A stretch of DNA of 64,000 nt from Nitrosopumilus sp. (GCA_963667665.2 OY763927.2:1-64000), one strand, 5' to 3'. Counted from the first letter of the stretch, positions 20,325 to 30,980 are shown. The notes: generated by a model from the letters alone, not told the origin. Numbers and translations: made by a program.

Positions 20325-20555
20325 TTAGAATTTGTTAAATGGTTTTGAAGCCAACTTTACGTCTTCACCTTTTATCGTTTTTCTACCTGCATGAGAAGCC
20401 ATATCCACTGCACTTTCTGCAATGCCATCAGCCAATTCTTCAATCACTCTTCTTAATTCATTTGCTGATTCGTCACTAACTCTCTCAGCTCCTGCTTTTT
20501 TCAAAATTCTATACATGGCAGATAATCCTAATTCTGACGATTTCATGAATTTCAT
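20325..20555 (-). CDS. Archaeal histone (HMf family)
   Basis: RILKKAGAERVSD...HAGRKTIKGEDVKLA. Confidence 0.95.
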   Translation of the reverse strand: MKFMKSSELGLSAMYRILKKAGAERVSDESANELRRVIEELADGIAESAVDMASHAGRKTIKGEDVKLASKPFNKF

Positions 20556-20642
20556 TTTAGTTTTTTCCGAAAAAAGATAATGAATGAAAAAATATCACTA
20601 AGGAATCGATTTATACAGACTATTTTAAGAATTGATAAAGAA

Positions 20643-21398
20643 ATGACGTGGTATTTTGATTCTCATATACACTTGTCTGATCCTGCATATTCTTCTCATA
20701 TGCAATTTATTTTCAAGGAAATGGAATATCTAAAAATTAAAGCATGTTGTGTTTCAATGGATAATAAAAATTCTTTACAAACTTTAAAACTAGCAAAAAA
20801 TAATAATCTAGTTTTACCTTTCATTGGAATTCATCCTGAATGTGCAAATGATGAACTTGAACAAATGACAAATATGATAGAAGAGAATCATCAAAATCTT
20901 TCTGGAATAGGAGAAATAGGATTGGATCCAACTTTTGTCAACAGTGATGACGATTCTAAAAAACAAATGCATGTATTTGAAACATTATTGTCAATTGCAG
21001 AAAAATTTAACAAACCAGTTTCTATTCATTCACGAAAAAGCATTGATAATGTTTTGCAAATAATGACATCTTATAACACTAAACATGCTTTACTTCATTG
21101 GTTTGATGGAAATAAAAAACAACTTCAAAAAGCTATGGATATGGAATTTTTTGTGTCATATGGACCTGTAATGGTTTATGCAAATGATAAACAGACTTTA
21201 CTGTCTAAAACAGATGAATCAAAAATTCTTGTTGAAACTGATGGCCCTGTGAGATTTTCTAGATGTTTTGAAATGAAATCTGCACAAATTAGCTTTATTC
21301 CTAGTGTTATTTTTTGTGCTTCAAAAATTCTAGGAAAAACGTTTGATGAAATGACATCTCTGTTAGAAAACAATTCAAAATCATTTCTTGGAATATAG
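20643..21398 (+). CDS. tatD: TatD-family nuclease
   Basis: DSHIHL, GIHP, IGEIGLD, ETDGP. Confidence 0.93.
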   Translation: MTWYFDSHIHLSDPAYSSHMQFIFKEMEYLKIKACCVSMDNKNSLQTLKLAKNNNLVLPFIGIHPECANDELEQMTNMIEENHQNLSGIGEIGLDPTFVNSDDDSKKQMHVFETLLSIAEKFNKPVSIHSRKSIDNVLQIMTSYNTKHALLHWFDGNKKQLQKAMDMEFFVSYGPVMVYANDKQTLLSKTDESKILVETDGPVRFSRCFEMKSAQISFIPSVIFCASKILGKTFDEMTSLLENNSKSFLGI

Positions 21399-21429
21399 GT
21401 ATAAAATACCCCAATTCATTAAACGAGGA

Positions 21430-21804
21430 ATGGATAGAATAAAGCGTATCTCATATGAGGTTCTAGACGAACACAAATCAATGTTTGGCGTAGATTTTGC
21501 AGATAACAAAAAAGTATTAGATCAAATTTCTATCATACGTTCTAAAAGCCTAAAAAACAAAATATCAGGTTATATCACTAGATTTATCAAAAAAGAGATT
21601 CGTGAAGAAAAAGCCAAACAAGCACAAATTGCATCTTCACAATCAGAGGAACCAATTGAGAAAGAAGTTCAACCAGAAACTTCTGAACCAACTACAGTTT
21701 CTAAAGAAACTTCTACTGAAACCGTTATTGAAACAACTCTTGTAGAAGAAAAAACTGAAACTACAGTAGAAAAAACTAAAACTACTGATGAGAAAACTGA
21801 ATAA
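21430..21804 (+). CDS. rps17e: 30S ribosomal protein S17e with acidic tail
   Basis: FGVDFADNKKVL...SKSLKNKISGYIT. Confidence 0.92.
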   Translation: MDRIKRISYEVLDEHKSMFGVDFADNKKVLDQISIIRSKSLKNKISGYITRFIKKEIREEKAKQAQIASSQSEEPIEKEVQPETSEPTTVSKETSTETVIETTLVEEKTETTVEKTKTTDEKTE

Positions 21805-21845
21805 TTAATAAAACATTAATTTTCTAAATTTTGAATTAGATTAAC

Positions 21846-22619
21846 ATGATTACTGTAAAATTTGTTGGTGGAGCAAAAAAATCTTTTTCAACGGAACAAT
21901 TACATATTGATAAATCTGATATCTCCATTCAGGAATTACTGGATTTATTGTTAGAATTAAAACCTGATAACACTCCTGATCTTGATACTGAAAATATCTT
22001 AATTGCAATAAATGGAGCTGATTCTTCTGCAATGGAAGGAAAATCTACTAAGATAAAGAACAATGATCTTGTGAGTATTATACCTGTAATTCATGGAGGC
22101 TCTTCCAAAAAACTAACTTTTCAAATCTTAAAAAAACAAATTCAAATAATTGAAATCAGAGGCCAAAAAACAATTAATGTAAAGTTCCTTGATGATTTAA
22201 GAAAAAAATACCCAAAACTTCAACTTCAGGCAGTATCCAGCAAATTTGTTATGAATAATTATCATTTAAAAAAAATTATCTCTTTATCTTTAGAATCTGA
22301 AAAAAATAATATTTTACTTTCAAAAAAACTTGAAACTGATATTCTAATGCGTTTTGCATTGACTAATCAAATTTCTAATGCAATTACACTTGTTGGAATA
22401 AAACCAAAAACTAATTTTATTTTAATTGCAGTTGGAAATAAAAAAATGCTAAATTCATTATACCAAGAATTATTATCATTATCTGTAAATCTGTTTTTAA
22501 AAAATAATGATTTATTTCTCAAAAAATATTTTAAAATTACAAAAAAACTACTTGATTCAGTTTATTCAAATAACCCTTTGGAGGATATTTTGATAGAAAA
22601 GGCAGCAATTTTACTCTGA
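21846..22619 (+). CDS. MoaD/ThiS ubiquitin-like domain fused to KEOPS Cgi121-like domain
   Basis: ITVKFVGG...IIPVIHGG, then ETDILMRFALTNQISNAI. Confidence 0.85.
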   Translation: MITVKFVGGAKKSFSTEQLHIDKSDISIQELLDLLLELKPDNTPDLDTENILIAINGADSSAMEGKSTKIKNNDLVSIIPVIHGGSSKKLTFQILKKQIQIIEIRGQKTINVKFLDDLRKKYPKLQLQAVSSKFVMNNYHLKKIISLSLESEKNNILLSKKLETDILMRFALTNQISNAITLVGIKPKTNFILIAVGNKKMLNSLYQELLSLSVNLFLKNNDLFLKKYFKITKKLLDSVYSNNPLEDILIEKAAILL

Positions 22620-23132
22620 AATACTACGTTTAGTTTTTTCAACACTTAGTACATCTGTTTTTTTTAATATAGAAATTCCTGTTTTATTGCCTAAAATTTC
22701 AATTAAGATTACTTTGTCCGAAAATTCAAGTGATACTTTACTTTTTATTTTACTTGCAATTTTTGTAATAATTTCTTGACTAGATAAATCCGAACCTCTT
22801 TTTTCTATTGATATTCTGTATGTTTCATCATTAGAAATTTGTTCAGATATTTCTGTAACAGCTTTTTCAATTTCTTCAATTTTTGTTTCAATTACTTTCT
22901 GAATTGGAATTATTCTTAGACAATATCTGATACTCCAAGGTTCATCAAGAAGCATTTCTTTAATTTTTCTTACAATCTCTATTGGTTCTAGCTTTGTCTC
23001 AGCGGTCAAGATCCCTGACATTTTTGTGATTGAAATTTTTGCATCAGAATCTCCAAATTCTTCTAAAATCTTCCTTAATTCTTCCTCAGTTTCAGGTTCA
23101 AAATGTCTAGCACAAGTAATTATCAAATTCAT
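22611..23132 (-). CDS. THUMP-domain RNA-binding protein
   Basis: TYRISIEKRG...VSLEFSDKVILIEILG. Confidence 0.88.
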   Translation of the reverse strand: MNLIITCARHFEPETEEELRKILEEFGDSDAKISITKMSGILTAETKLEPIEIVRKIKEMLLDEPWSIRYCLRIIPIQKVIETKIEEIEKAVTEISEQISNDETYRISIEKRGSDLSSQEIITKIASKIKSKVSLEFSDKVILIEILGNKTGISILKKTDVLSVEKTKRSISE

Positions 23133-23758
23133 AATTCTGAAATCTCCTCATAACTCAAAGAACCTTCTCGAATAATTTTGATCTTTTCATTCTCTATTTC
23201 AATTATGGTTGATTCTGTTTTGCTAGTAATTATCCCTCCATCAACAAAAACATCATATTTTTGAATATTTTTGAAACATTCATCAGGATTTGTAAATGAA
23301 GATTGTCCAGAAATATTTGCACTAGTACCTACTAGAAAATTACATTTTTTCAATAATTCCAATGTGCATTTATGATTAGGAATTCTAACAGCAATTTTAT
23401 CAGTTACATTTAATGATTTTTTTAACTCTGCATCAGTTAATTTTAGAATAATTGTTAGTGTTCCTGGCCAAAATTTTTTAACAATTTTTTTAGTAAACTC
23501 ATCAAAGAAAGCAATCTTTTCTGCAATTTCTTTTGAATAAACTAAAACTGGAAATGGTTTTGAAATATCTCGAGATTTAATCTCATAAATTTTTCTTACT
23601 GCATCTCTATTGTATGGATTACATCCTATTCCATATACTGTGTCTGTTGGAAAAATGGCAATCCCACCTTGATTGATAATTTGAGATGCTTTTTCAATTC
23701 CTTCTTTATCACAATTTACTTTCAATATCCATTCTATTCTTTTTTGTTTAATTATCAT
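23129..23758 (-). CDS. Threonylcarbamoyl-AMP synthase (Sua5/YrdC)
   Basis: FPTDTVYGIG, KFWPG, GTSANISG. Confidence 0.93.
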   Translation of the reverse strand: MIIKQKRIEWILKVNCDKEGIEKASQIINQGGIAIFPTDTVYGIGCNPYNRDAVRKIYEIKSRDISKPFPVLVYSKEIAEKIAFFDEFTKKIVKKFWPGTLTIILKLTDAELKKSLNVTDKIAVRIPNHKCTLELLKKCNFLVGTSANISGQSSFTNPDECFKNIQKYDVFVDGGIITSKTESTIIEIENEKIKIIREGSLSYEEISEL

Positions 23759-23805
23759 TTACTTTTTGAATAAGTTTTTATCAGTAACAGTTTTCCCTTG
23801 TAAAG

Positions 23806-23886
23806 ATGTCTAAACCATCTTCTGATCTTGAGGATACTGATTTTGAAGATGATTTTGATGATGAATTTGATGAAAACGAAGACTAG
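23806..23886 (+). CDS. 26-aa highly acidic micropeptide (not in ORF track)
   Basis: MSKPSSDLEDTDFEDDFDDEFDENED; TATA-like ttttta about 25 nt upstream. Confidence 0.5.
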   Translation: MSKPSSDLEDTDFEDDFDDEFDENED

Positions 23887-24170
23887 ATACTTAATCCAAA
23901 ATTATCTGCAAAGTTTGTAAATGTATAATATGCTTGAAGAAATTCTCTACCTGATTGGCTTATTCTGTATTTGTTTGAACCTTTAGTATCTACTTGTTCT
24001 AAGAGCCCTTGTGATACTAGAGTTTTCAAGATTCTTGAAATTCTAGAATGAGATATGTTTGCTTTTCTAATTAGATGTGTAACTGATGCTCCATTTTCAT
24101 CTTGTAGATCATCTCGAGTTGTTTCTAGAATATCGCCAATAATTTTCATATGAGTTCTATATACAGCCAT
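23883..24170 (-). CDS. Winged-helix (HTH_45) transcriptional regulator
   Basis: YRTHMKIIGDIL...KANISH...YRISQSGREFL. Confidence 0.88.
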   Translation of the reverse strand: MAVYRTHMKIIGDILETTRDDLQDENGASVTHLIRKANISHSRISRILKTLVSQGLLEQVDTKGSNKYRISQSGREFLQAYYTFTNFADNFGLSI

Positions 24171-24291
24171 TTTCTCTATTCTATTATTATTGTAATTTCT
24201 ATGAGAGGGCAATGATATTTTCCAATATACTAAAAAGATAAAAGAAATTGACAAATTTTTAATTGCTATAAATTCTGTGCCTATATTGAAA

Positions 24292-24933
24292 TTATTCTAA
24301 TCCCTCATCAAATTTTATCTTAGTTAAGGGTACTTTGCTCACTGGAATGGATAAAGCTATCAATCCTCCAATTTTGATTATCATTGATGCAGAATACAGG
24401 ATTGATTCTGGGAACACAAATGAATACCATACTAAAAATTCTCCTAAAGCTAAGAGTGCTAATCCAACAGCAACTGAAATTGCACCTTTGTTTTTATTTT
24501 CAAAGTATGATAACATTGTTTCAATGGCACCATAAGCCAACAAAATGAACGAAACTGATCTAAAGATATGTTCTAACTGAACAGAAGAAACCAAGAATAA
24601 TGGAAAAATTCCTATTGATCTGAAATATCTTGATTTTGGAGAAAATGATTTTATGCTATGAGAAAACGCAATGAAAAAATATCCTACTGTTTGAATTGCG
24701 ATTCCTAAAGTTTGAATCCATCTTTCTATGTTTCCTGATTTCATAACAAAGTCTTCTACCATGTATCCCATCCATATTACAAAAAATCCTAAACTTATTG
24801 AAAAAAATGCAATTGTTAATCTAAATAATGTTGGACTACCTGTATTTCTAAATCCAATTAATGCCATAATTCCTATGGCAAGTCCTACCAAAAATCCGAC
24901 TAGATTGAGGATGTTTTCTAATAAAAATTCCAA
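24292..24933 (-). CDS. Multi-pass membrane protein
   Basis: About 7 hydrophobic helices. Confidence 0.8.
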   Translation of the reverse strand: MEFLLENILNLVGFLVGLAIGIMALIGFRNTGSPTLFRLTIAFFSISLGFFVIWMGYMVEDFVMKSGNIERWIQTLGIAIQTVGYFFIAFSHSIKSFSPKSRYFRSIGIFPLFLVSSVQLEHIFRSVSFILLAYGAIETMLSYFENKNKGAISVAVGLALLALGEFLVWYSFVFPESILYSASMIIKIGGLIALSIPVSKVPLTKIKFDEGLE

Positions 24934-24993
24934 TGATGTTTAGAAACTTGTTAAACTAATTATTTTAATCTGATGAATGATTTTACTATATTG

Positions 24994-25203
24994 TTAATCC
25001 CATTCATCCAATGAACCTGAAGATTGACCTTCTGTACTGCCTGTATAGTCTCCAAGAATATCTGAATATTTCGATTCATTGTGTGCTATAAATTTCACAT
25101 ATTCTCCATAACTCATTTCAAAATCACACGTACCACATTTTACTAACGAGTAATCCATTGTCAATTCAGCATTCTCCCTACATTTTGGGCATTTTATCTT
25201 CAT
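24994..25203 (-). CDS. Zinc-ribbon protein
   Basis: CPKC...CGTC. Confidence 0.75.
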   Translation of the reverse strand: MKIKCPKCRENAELTMDYSLVKCGTCDFEMSYGEYVKFIAHNESKYSDILGDYTGSTEGQSSGSLDEWD

Positions 25204-25280
25204 GAATCATTTTATCTTTGATAATTATTATTGCTTTATTTTTAATAAAAGATAAAAGGAGTTCATTATTGCTATTTTTC

Positions 25281-25562
25281 ATGAGTCGTACTTGCACAAA
25301 GTGTAAAAATTCTATTCCTGATAATGAACAACTTGGTATTGTTGCTGAGAAATATCCTACCTGCAACAAATGTTGGGCTGAATGGAAAGAATACCAAATA
25401 ATGGTAATGAATGAAATGAAACTTGATATGTCAATGCCTGATCATAGAAAATTATTAAAAAAACACGAAAAGATCTTTGTAGGTGTATTATCTGCTGAAG
25501 GCGAAATCATTGATTACTCAAATGAAGATAATAGAAATCCTGAAAAACCACCAGGTGACTAA
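25281..25562 (+). CDS. Fe(II)-trafficking/oxidative damage protection YggX-like protein
   Basis: CWAEWKEYQIMVMNEMKLDM..PDHRKLL. Confidence 0.85.
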   Translation: MSRTCTKCKNSIPDNEQLGIVAEKYPTCNKCWAEWKEYQIMVMNEMKLDMSMPDHRKLLKKHEKIFVGVLSAEGEIIDYSNEDNRNPEKPPGD

Positions 25563-26065
25563 AACTTCAAGTGTATTTTAGCATTATCTGGTATTACTAT
25601 CAGAATTTTTCTTTTTTCAGATTCACTTAGATTGTTGATGATTTTTTTAATCGTATTAGCAAGAATTTCTTTTTCATTTTTCTCTAATGTTAAAAATATT
25701 TCTAGAATTCCATCTAAATGAAAATTGATTAATTTTTGTGGAGATTGTGATACTTCAATAATATATGCTGAAAATAGTCCATATCTTTGTTCTTCTGAAA
25801 GAGTTGTTAAAATTTTAAGCCATGATTTGAAAAGCTTAGAAAAGTTGGGAAATGGAATAGTTGGTCCTGCTTCTAATGCATTGTTTATGATCTCTTTTCT
25901 TTCAGGTTCAGATAATAAAAAAAATTCCACCATTCTTTTTTTCAAAATTGGATTTCTTAGAAAGTCTGGAAGACTAGCCAAATTAATTATAATATTACCA
26001 GCAAAATTTTCTCCTGACATCGATCTAAAAGAATTTCTGTTGAATATAAAATCATGTGCAAACAC
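25559..26065 (-). CDS. Conserved hypothetical protein (start probably 26020)
   Basis: ORF with normal composition. Confidence 0.7.
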   Translation of the reverse strand: MFAHDFIFNRNSFRSMSGENFAGNIIINLASLPDFLRNPILKKRMVEFFLLSEPERKEIINNALEAGPTIPFPNFSKLFKSWLKILTTLSEEQRYGLFSAYIIEVSQSPQKLINFHLDGILEIFLTLEKNEKEILANTIKKIINNLSESEKRKILIVIPDNAKIHLKF

Positions 26066-26100
26066 TTTAGCTTAAATAAACGAAATAAATTCTCAACAAT

Positions 26101-27102
26101 ATGACATCAACTGTAGTTGTTGGCGGATTTTTTGGAGATGAAGGTAAAGGAAAGATAATCTCATATTTGGCTATCAAAGATAACCCAAAAATCATTGTCC
26201 GTGGTGGAGCTGGACCAAACGCTGGTCATACAATTAGAGATGGTGATAAAATATACAAAGTTAGAATGCTTCCAAGTGGATTTCTAAATAAAGATGCTAA
26301 AGTAATGATTGGTCCTGGAGTCGTTATCAATCCAGATATTTTAAAAAAAGAAATTCAAGATTTTAATGCATCGGGACGCTCATTTATTGATAAACACTGT
26401 GGTATTATTGAAGAAACTCATCTAACACGAGATTCTAAAGGTGAATTAAAAGAAAAAATTGGAAGCACTGGTTCAGGTACTGGCCCTGCTAATGCAGATA
26501 GAGCTATGAGGGTTTTAAAATTAGCAAAAGACATTGACTCTTTATCTTCACTTATTGTAGATGTCCCACAGGAAATAAATTCTGCACTTTCTGCAAATGA
26601 GAATGTACTAGTAGAGGGTACACAAGGAACTTTTCTTTCATTATGGCATGGAACATATCCATTTGTGACCTCAAAAGATGTCACTGCATCTGGAATATGT
26701 GCTGATGTTGGTCTTGGTCCAACTAAAGTTGATGAGGTAATTGTTGTTTTCAAATCATATGTAACTCGTGTTGGAACTGGTCCACTAGAGAACGAACTCT
26801 CAATTGAGGAGGCTGAAAAAAAAGGATGGTCGGAATTTGGTACTGTAACTGGTCGTCAGAGACGTGCTGCTGATTTTGATTTTGATTTAGCTAGGCGTGC
26901 AATCATGCTTAATGGTGCTACACAAATCTCTATAACAAAACTAGATGTTCTCTTTCCTGATTGTGCTGGTGAAACTTCATATGATAATTTATCTAATGAT
27001 GCAAAAACATTCATTAAAAAAATTGAAGATGAATTAAACACGCTTGTAACAATCATTGGAACTGGTCCCGATACTATTGATGTCATTGATAGAAGAAGCT
27101 AG
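26101..27102 (+). CDS. purA: Adenylosuccinate synthetase
   Basis: FGDEGKGK, GPNAGHT, GTVTGRQRR, TKLD. Confidence 0.98.
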   Translation: MTSTVVVGGFFGDEGKGKIISYLAIKDNPKIIVRGGAGPNAGHTIRDGDKIYKVRMLPSGFLNKDAKVMIGPGVVINPDILKKEIQDFNASGRSFIDKHCGIIEETHLTRDSKGELKEKIGSTGSGTGPANADRAMRVLKLAKDIDSLSSLIVDVPQEINSALSANENVLVEGTQGTFLSLWHGTYPFVTSKDVTASGICADVGLGPTKVDEVIVVFKSYVTRVGTGPLENELSIEEAEKKGWSEFGTVTGRQRRAADFDFDLARRAIMLNGATQISITKLDVLFPDCAGETSYDNLSNDAKTFIKKIEDELNTLVTIIGTGPDTIDVIDRRS

Positions 27103-27151
27103 GCTCCAAAGTTTTGGATAAGTTTAATTTGATTATCCACAGAAAATCTTT

Positions 27152-27838
27152 GTGAATAAATTACAAACTACTTCTGATGATAAATTACCACGTTACATTC
27201 AAGTAAATTCAACTTTAGAATTCTCTAGACTTGTTTGCGCACTTGAACGTGCACCACGTGTATCTTTCTTACATGATTATGATGGAAAAAAAATTTTATC
27301 TGTACAAATGGATATTCTTAAAGAAAAACCAATTGTATATTATACTCCTCTAGAAAATATTGGTCATTATCTTTGTTATGAATTAAAAGGAGGAAAAGAA
27401 CAATCTGAAATTGTAAATACAACTTCTGATGCAAGTAAACTTTATTCTCCTATAGTTAAAATTAAATCTCTTCCAAAAACTTTGAGACCAGGCAACGGAA
27501 CTCTTGATAGATATCAACCAATTGAATTAGAGGATATGTCTAGTCTTGCAAAACTAACTTGGGGTTTTGATGAAGTTCCTTTTCCACTATTTCTATTTCC
27601 ACATAATGACCAATGGCTTATTGGGGTTTTCATGAATTTCAATGATGAAGGAACATCTTACTTTTGTCATGTAGTTTTAGATAGCGATCCACAAAAGCCT
27701 TTCCTAAAATTTTCATCAACTAATGGCTCTGAACCCATTTTTGTAGAAAATCCGTCTGAACATGGTTTTTCATATGTCAAAATAATAAAATTAAAAGAGA
27801 CACATCCGTTAGTTGATTATGGTCACCTTCAGAACTAG
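27152..27838 (+). CDS. Conserved archaeal hypothetical protein
   Basis: Operonic ORF between purA and pyrF. Confidence 0.75.
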   Translation: MNKLQTTSDDKLPRYIQVNSTLEFSRLVCALERAPRVSFLHDYDGKKILSVQMDILKEKPIVYYTPLENIGHYLCYELKGGKEQSEIVNTTSDASKLYSPIVKIKSLPKTLRPGNGTLDRYQPIELEDMSSLAKLTWGFDEVPFPLFLFPHNDQWLIGVFMNFNDEGTSYFCHVVLDSDPQKPFLKFSSTNGSEPIFVENPSEHGFSYVKIIKLKETHPLVDYGHLQN

Positions 27839-28559
27839 ACTTTCAAAATCCTCTAAAACTCATGGAAACGTGATTCTTGCAAATGATTATGATCTCTCAG
27901 TTAAAAATTTAGAAACAAAAACTATTGAAAATATCAAAGAATTACATCCTTTTCTATGTGGAATTAAACTAAATTTTCACTTACTTCTTCCTCTTAGTGG
28001 TAAAGAAATTCTCAAAATCAACAAAACAGCTCATAGATATGGTTTACAAACAATTGCAGACATCAAACTCAATGATATTGGAAATACTAACAAAATAACA
28101 ACTGAGAATCTTTGGAATTTAGGATTTGACGCAGTAATTGCAAATCCGATAATGGGTCTTGATAGTCTAAAAAATCTTGTAAAATCTGCTCATAAACATG
28201 ACAAAGGCGTCATTACTTTATGTCATATGAGTGCCCCAGAAGCTAAATTGTCATATGATATGGAAGTAAAAATGGGGAAAAAACAGCAACTATACCAATT
28301 ATTTTTGAATTGGGCACTAACTGCCAAAGTTGATGGTATTGTCGTAGGAGCAACTTTTCCAAAAATTATTCAATATTGCTCAAAAAAAGCAGGAAAAAAC
28401 TTGAGTATATTTTCTCCAGGTGTTGGTACTCAAGGTGGAAATGCAAATGAAGTAATTTCTGCTGGAACTAATTATCTGATTGTTGGCAGAACTATTCTTA
28501 ATGCTAAAAATCCTGTAAGTGTGGCAGAAAAATTACAGCTACAGAGTCTTGGAAAGTAA
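27813..28559 (+). CDS. pyrF: Orotidine 5'-phosphate decarboxylase
   Basis: ADIKLNDIGNT, VVGAT, SPGVGTQGG, IVGR. Confidence 0.96.
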   Translation: MIMVTFRTRLSKSSKTHGNVILANDYDLSVKNLETKTIENIKELHPFLCGIKLNFHLLLPLSGKEILKINKTAHRYGLQTIADIKLNDIGNTNKITTENLWNLGFDAVIANPIMGLDSLKNLVKSAHKHDKGVITLCHMSAPEAKLSYDMEVKMGKKQQLYQLFLNWALTAKVDGIVVGATFPKIIQYCSKKAGKNLSIFSPGVGTQGGNANEVISAGTNYLIVGRTILNAKNPVSVAEKLQLQSLGK

Positions 28560-28958
28560 CATTTGTGCTCTAGTTAATACAGTTTTTGCATTATCAAATG
28601 TAGTTTTTTCCATGGATGTATTATAATCCATCCAGGTATAATCAAGATGTTCATGTGAAATCATAACTTCTTTAGTTTTTGTTTCAGCCAAGAAAAATAC
28701 AACTTTTTTGTGAACTGGTTCACCTTGATATTGAAAATCATATTTAATCCATTCTTCAAAATTTTCTAAAAATGTAATGTCTGTAATTCCTGTTTCCTCT
28801 TTTGTTTCTCTAATTGCAGTTTCATGTGTTGACTCACCTTTCTCCATTTTTCCTTTTATAAAATCCCAATGTCCAGAAGGATAATGTAATAGTAAAAATA
28901 AAATTTTTGAATCTTCTTTTCTAAATAATACAATTCCAGCAGAAGTTTCTTCTATCAT
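28539..28958 (-). CDS. NUDIX hydrolase (Ap4A hydrolase type)
   Basis: KGKMEKGESTHETAIRETKEETG. Confidence 0.93.
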   Translation of the reverse strand: MIEETSAGIVLFRKEDSKILFLLLHYPSGHWDFIKGKMEKGESTHETAIRETKEETGITDITFLENFEEWIKYDFQYQGEPVHKKVVFFLAETKTKEVMISHEHLDYTWMDYNTSMEKTTFDNAKTVLTRAQMLLSKTL

Positions 28959-29746
28959 TTTCCTAATCTCCTTTTCCTTTCCTGAAATGTTCTGATCGCT
29001 CTCATTAAATCAATTTTTCTAAACTCTGGCCAAAAAATATCCATAAATATCAATTCACTATATGCACTTTGCCACATAAGAAATCCACTTAATCTTTTTT
29101 CTCCTGATGTTCGTAAAATCATGTCTGGAGATGACTGTGGTAAGTGTGATGTGTAGAGATTTGATTCTATTTCTTTTTTATTAATGTCATCTATTTGTAA
29201 AGAACCCCTTTTGATTTTTTCACCTATTTTTTTAACTGCATCTACTAATTCATACTGTCCTCCATATGCTAATGCAATATTTAGAAAATGATTATCATAA
29301 TTTTTTGTAGCATCATCTAATTGTTTTAAAACTTCTTTGATAGAATCTGGTAGTAGTTCAATTCTTCCAATACCTTTGACTCTCATTTTGCATCTGTGTA
29401 TTCTAGGATCAATCAATAATTTTTCCAATCTCATACGAATTAATTCATAAATATGCTCTAATTCCTCATCCTTCCTATCTAAATTCTCAGCAGAAAGTGC
29501 ATATAGTGTAACAATTTTGATATCAAATTCTTCACACCAGTCAAGAAGGTTTTCTACTGCATCAGCACCTTTCCAATGACCTGTTTTTGGTAGGGCCAAA
29601 TGCCTTTTAGCCCATCTTCTGTTTCCATCTAAAATTAGAGCAACATGATTTGGAATATCCCCATTTTGAATTTCATTTTCTAGTCTCTTCCCATAGATCT
29701 TGTAGATACCAGTTAACTGAAAAATCACTTCTAATATTTTACCCAT
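28955..29746 (-). CDS. uppS: cis-polyprenyl diphosphate synthase
   Basis: ILDGNRRWA, RTSGEKRLSGFLMWQ. Confidence 0.97.
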   Translation of the reverse strand: MGKILEVIFQLTGIYKIYGKRLENEIQNGDIPNHVALILDGNRRWAKRHLALPKTGHWKGADAVENLLDWCEEFDIKIVTLYALSAENLDRKDEELEHIYELIRMRLEKLLIDPRIHRCKMRVKGIGRIELLPDSIKEVLKQLDDATKNYDNHFLNIALAYGGQYELVDAVKKIGEKIKRGSLQIDDINKKEIESNLYTSHLPQSSPDMILRTSGEKRLSGFLMWQSAYSELIFMDIFWPEFRKIDLMRAIRTFQERKRRLGK

Positions 29747-29834
29747 ACCCTATTCACCTTTTGATGATTAATACATAATTGATGATATCAGTGTTTTTCA
29801 AAAATTCCTTTTTATGATGGATTTAAGACTGTAT

Positions 29835-30980
29835 TTAGTCTGAAACCATCTCTTGATCTTTGTGTTTTCTGTATTTCTTAAAGAGAATTGTTGCTGAAAC
29901 CAAAGTTGCCGCTAGTCCTCCTAGCACAGGTGGAATTAATGTAAGTGATTCATCATCGTAAATCATTATGTTAGTAAACTGTGCTATGGTTGGATATAGT
30001 GCTACTAAAACAATAATTCTAAGAATATCACTTATTTGCCTTGGAATTCCACCAATCCAATTACTAAGTAATATTCCAGCAACTATTGCACCCATTCCAA
30101 TCCATAAGATTGGTAAAGCTCCTGCAACAAATTGACCAATTATTACTTTATCTGTAATCATTGTAATTAATTCTGGATTATCTTCAATTAACTCAGAATC
30201 AACTGCACTTATTCCAGCTGGTACTGAAGAAAGAATTAGTAATATTCCTGCAACCATTGTAAAAATTCTGATAAAACCCATCGGAGTTGGTTTTGACCAA
30301 TTAGACCATGCTCTATCAATGTCAAATGCTCTAATCAAAAATGCTCCACCCAAAATACTTACAAGAACAGCAAATATTTCTGTAGTGAATTCAAACACAC
30401 TTGCAATTCCGCCAATTAGCAAAAGAATTCCTGGAACTCCTAAAAAGAACTTTGAATATCTTGAATCATAAGCAATCATTTTTAGATATTTTCCAAAAAC
30501 TGCATATGAGTACTCTACACTTCTACTTACCTTCATTACAACACGTTGTACAGAAACAACTGGTAGAACATTTTGAATTACTGGTATAACACTTTCATCA
30601 TCTTCACCATCAGATACAATTACTGCACCATTTGCAGCAAACTTTTCTAAAACCTTTCTTGTTTCAGCAAGAATTTTTTCATCAGCCTGAACTCCTCTAT
30701 TTTTAACTCCTGCAACAGTAATCACTTCAACTTTGTATCCTTTACTGATTAAATCCTCATATGTTTTGATTGCAGCAAAAATTGAATTTGAATCTGCATC
30801 CTCAGGATCTTCTAAAGCTAATCTTTGAGCTGCCTCGATACATGCATCTCTACCTACTACCGGTGTAACAATTCCTGCTTTTTCTCCAACATCATTATCT
30901 CTATCAATACAAATTACGAGTAATTTGTTAGCAGTAGATGCATTGACATCATTTTCTACCTTACCTGGCCGTTGAGACAT
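29835..30980 (-). CDS. DUF373 family membrane protein
   Basis: CIDRDNDVG, DPEDADSN, VSDGEDDE. Confidence 0.9.
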   Translation of the reverse strand: MSQRPGKVENDVNASTANKLLVICIDRDNDVGEKAGIVTPVVGRDACIEAAQRLALEDPEDADSNSIFAAIKTYEDLISKGYKVEVITVAGVKNRGVQADEKILAETRKVLEKFAANGAVIVSDGEDDESVIPVIQNVLPVVSVQRVVMKVSRSVEYSYAVFGKYLKMIAYDSRYSKFFLGVPGILLLIGGIASVFEFTTEIFAVLVSILGGAFLIRAFDIDRAWSNWSKPTPMGFIRIFTMVAGILLILSSVPAGISAVDSELIEDNPELITMITDKVIIGQFVAGALPILWIGMGAIVAGILLSNWIGGIPRQISDILRIIVLVALYPTIAQFTNIMIYDDESLTLIPPVLGGLAATLVSATILFKKYRKHKDQEMVSD

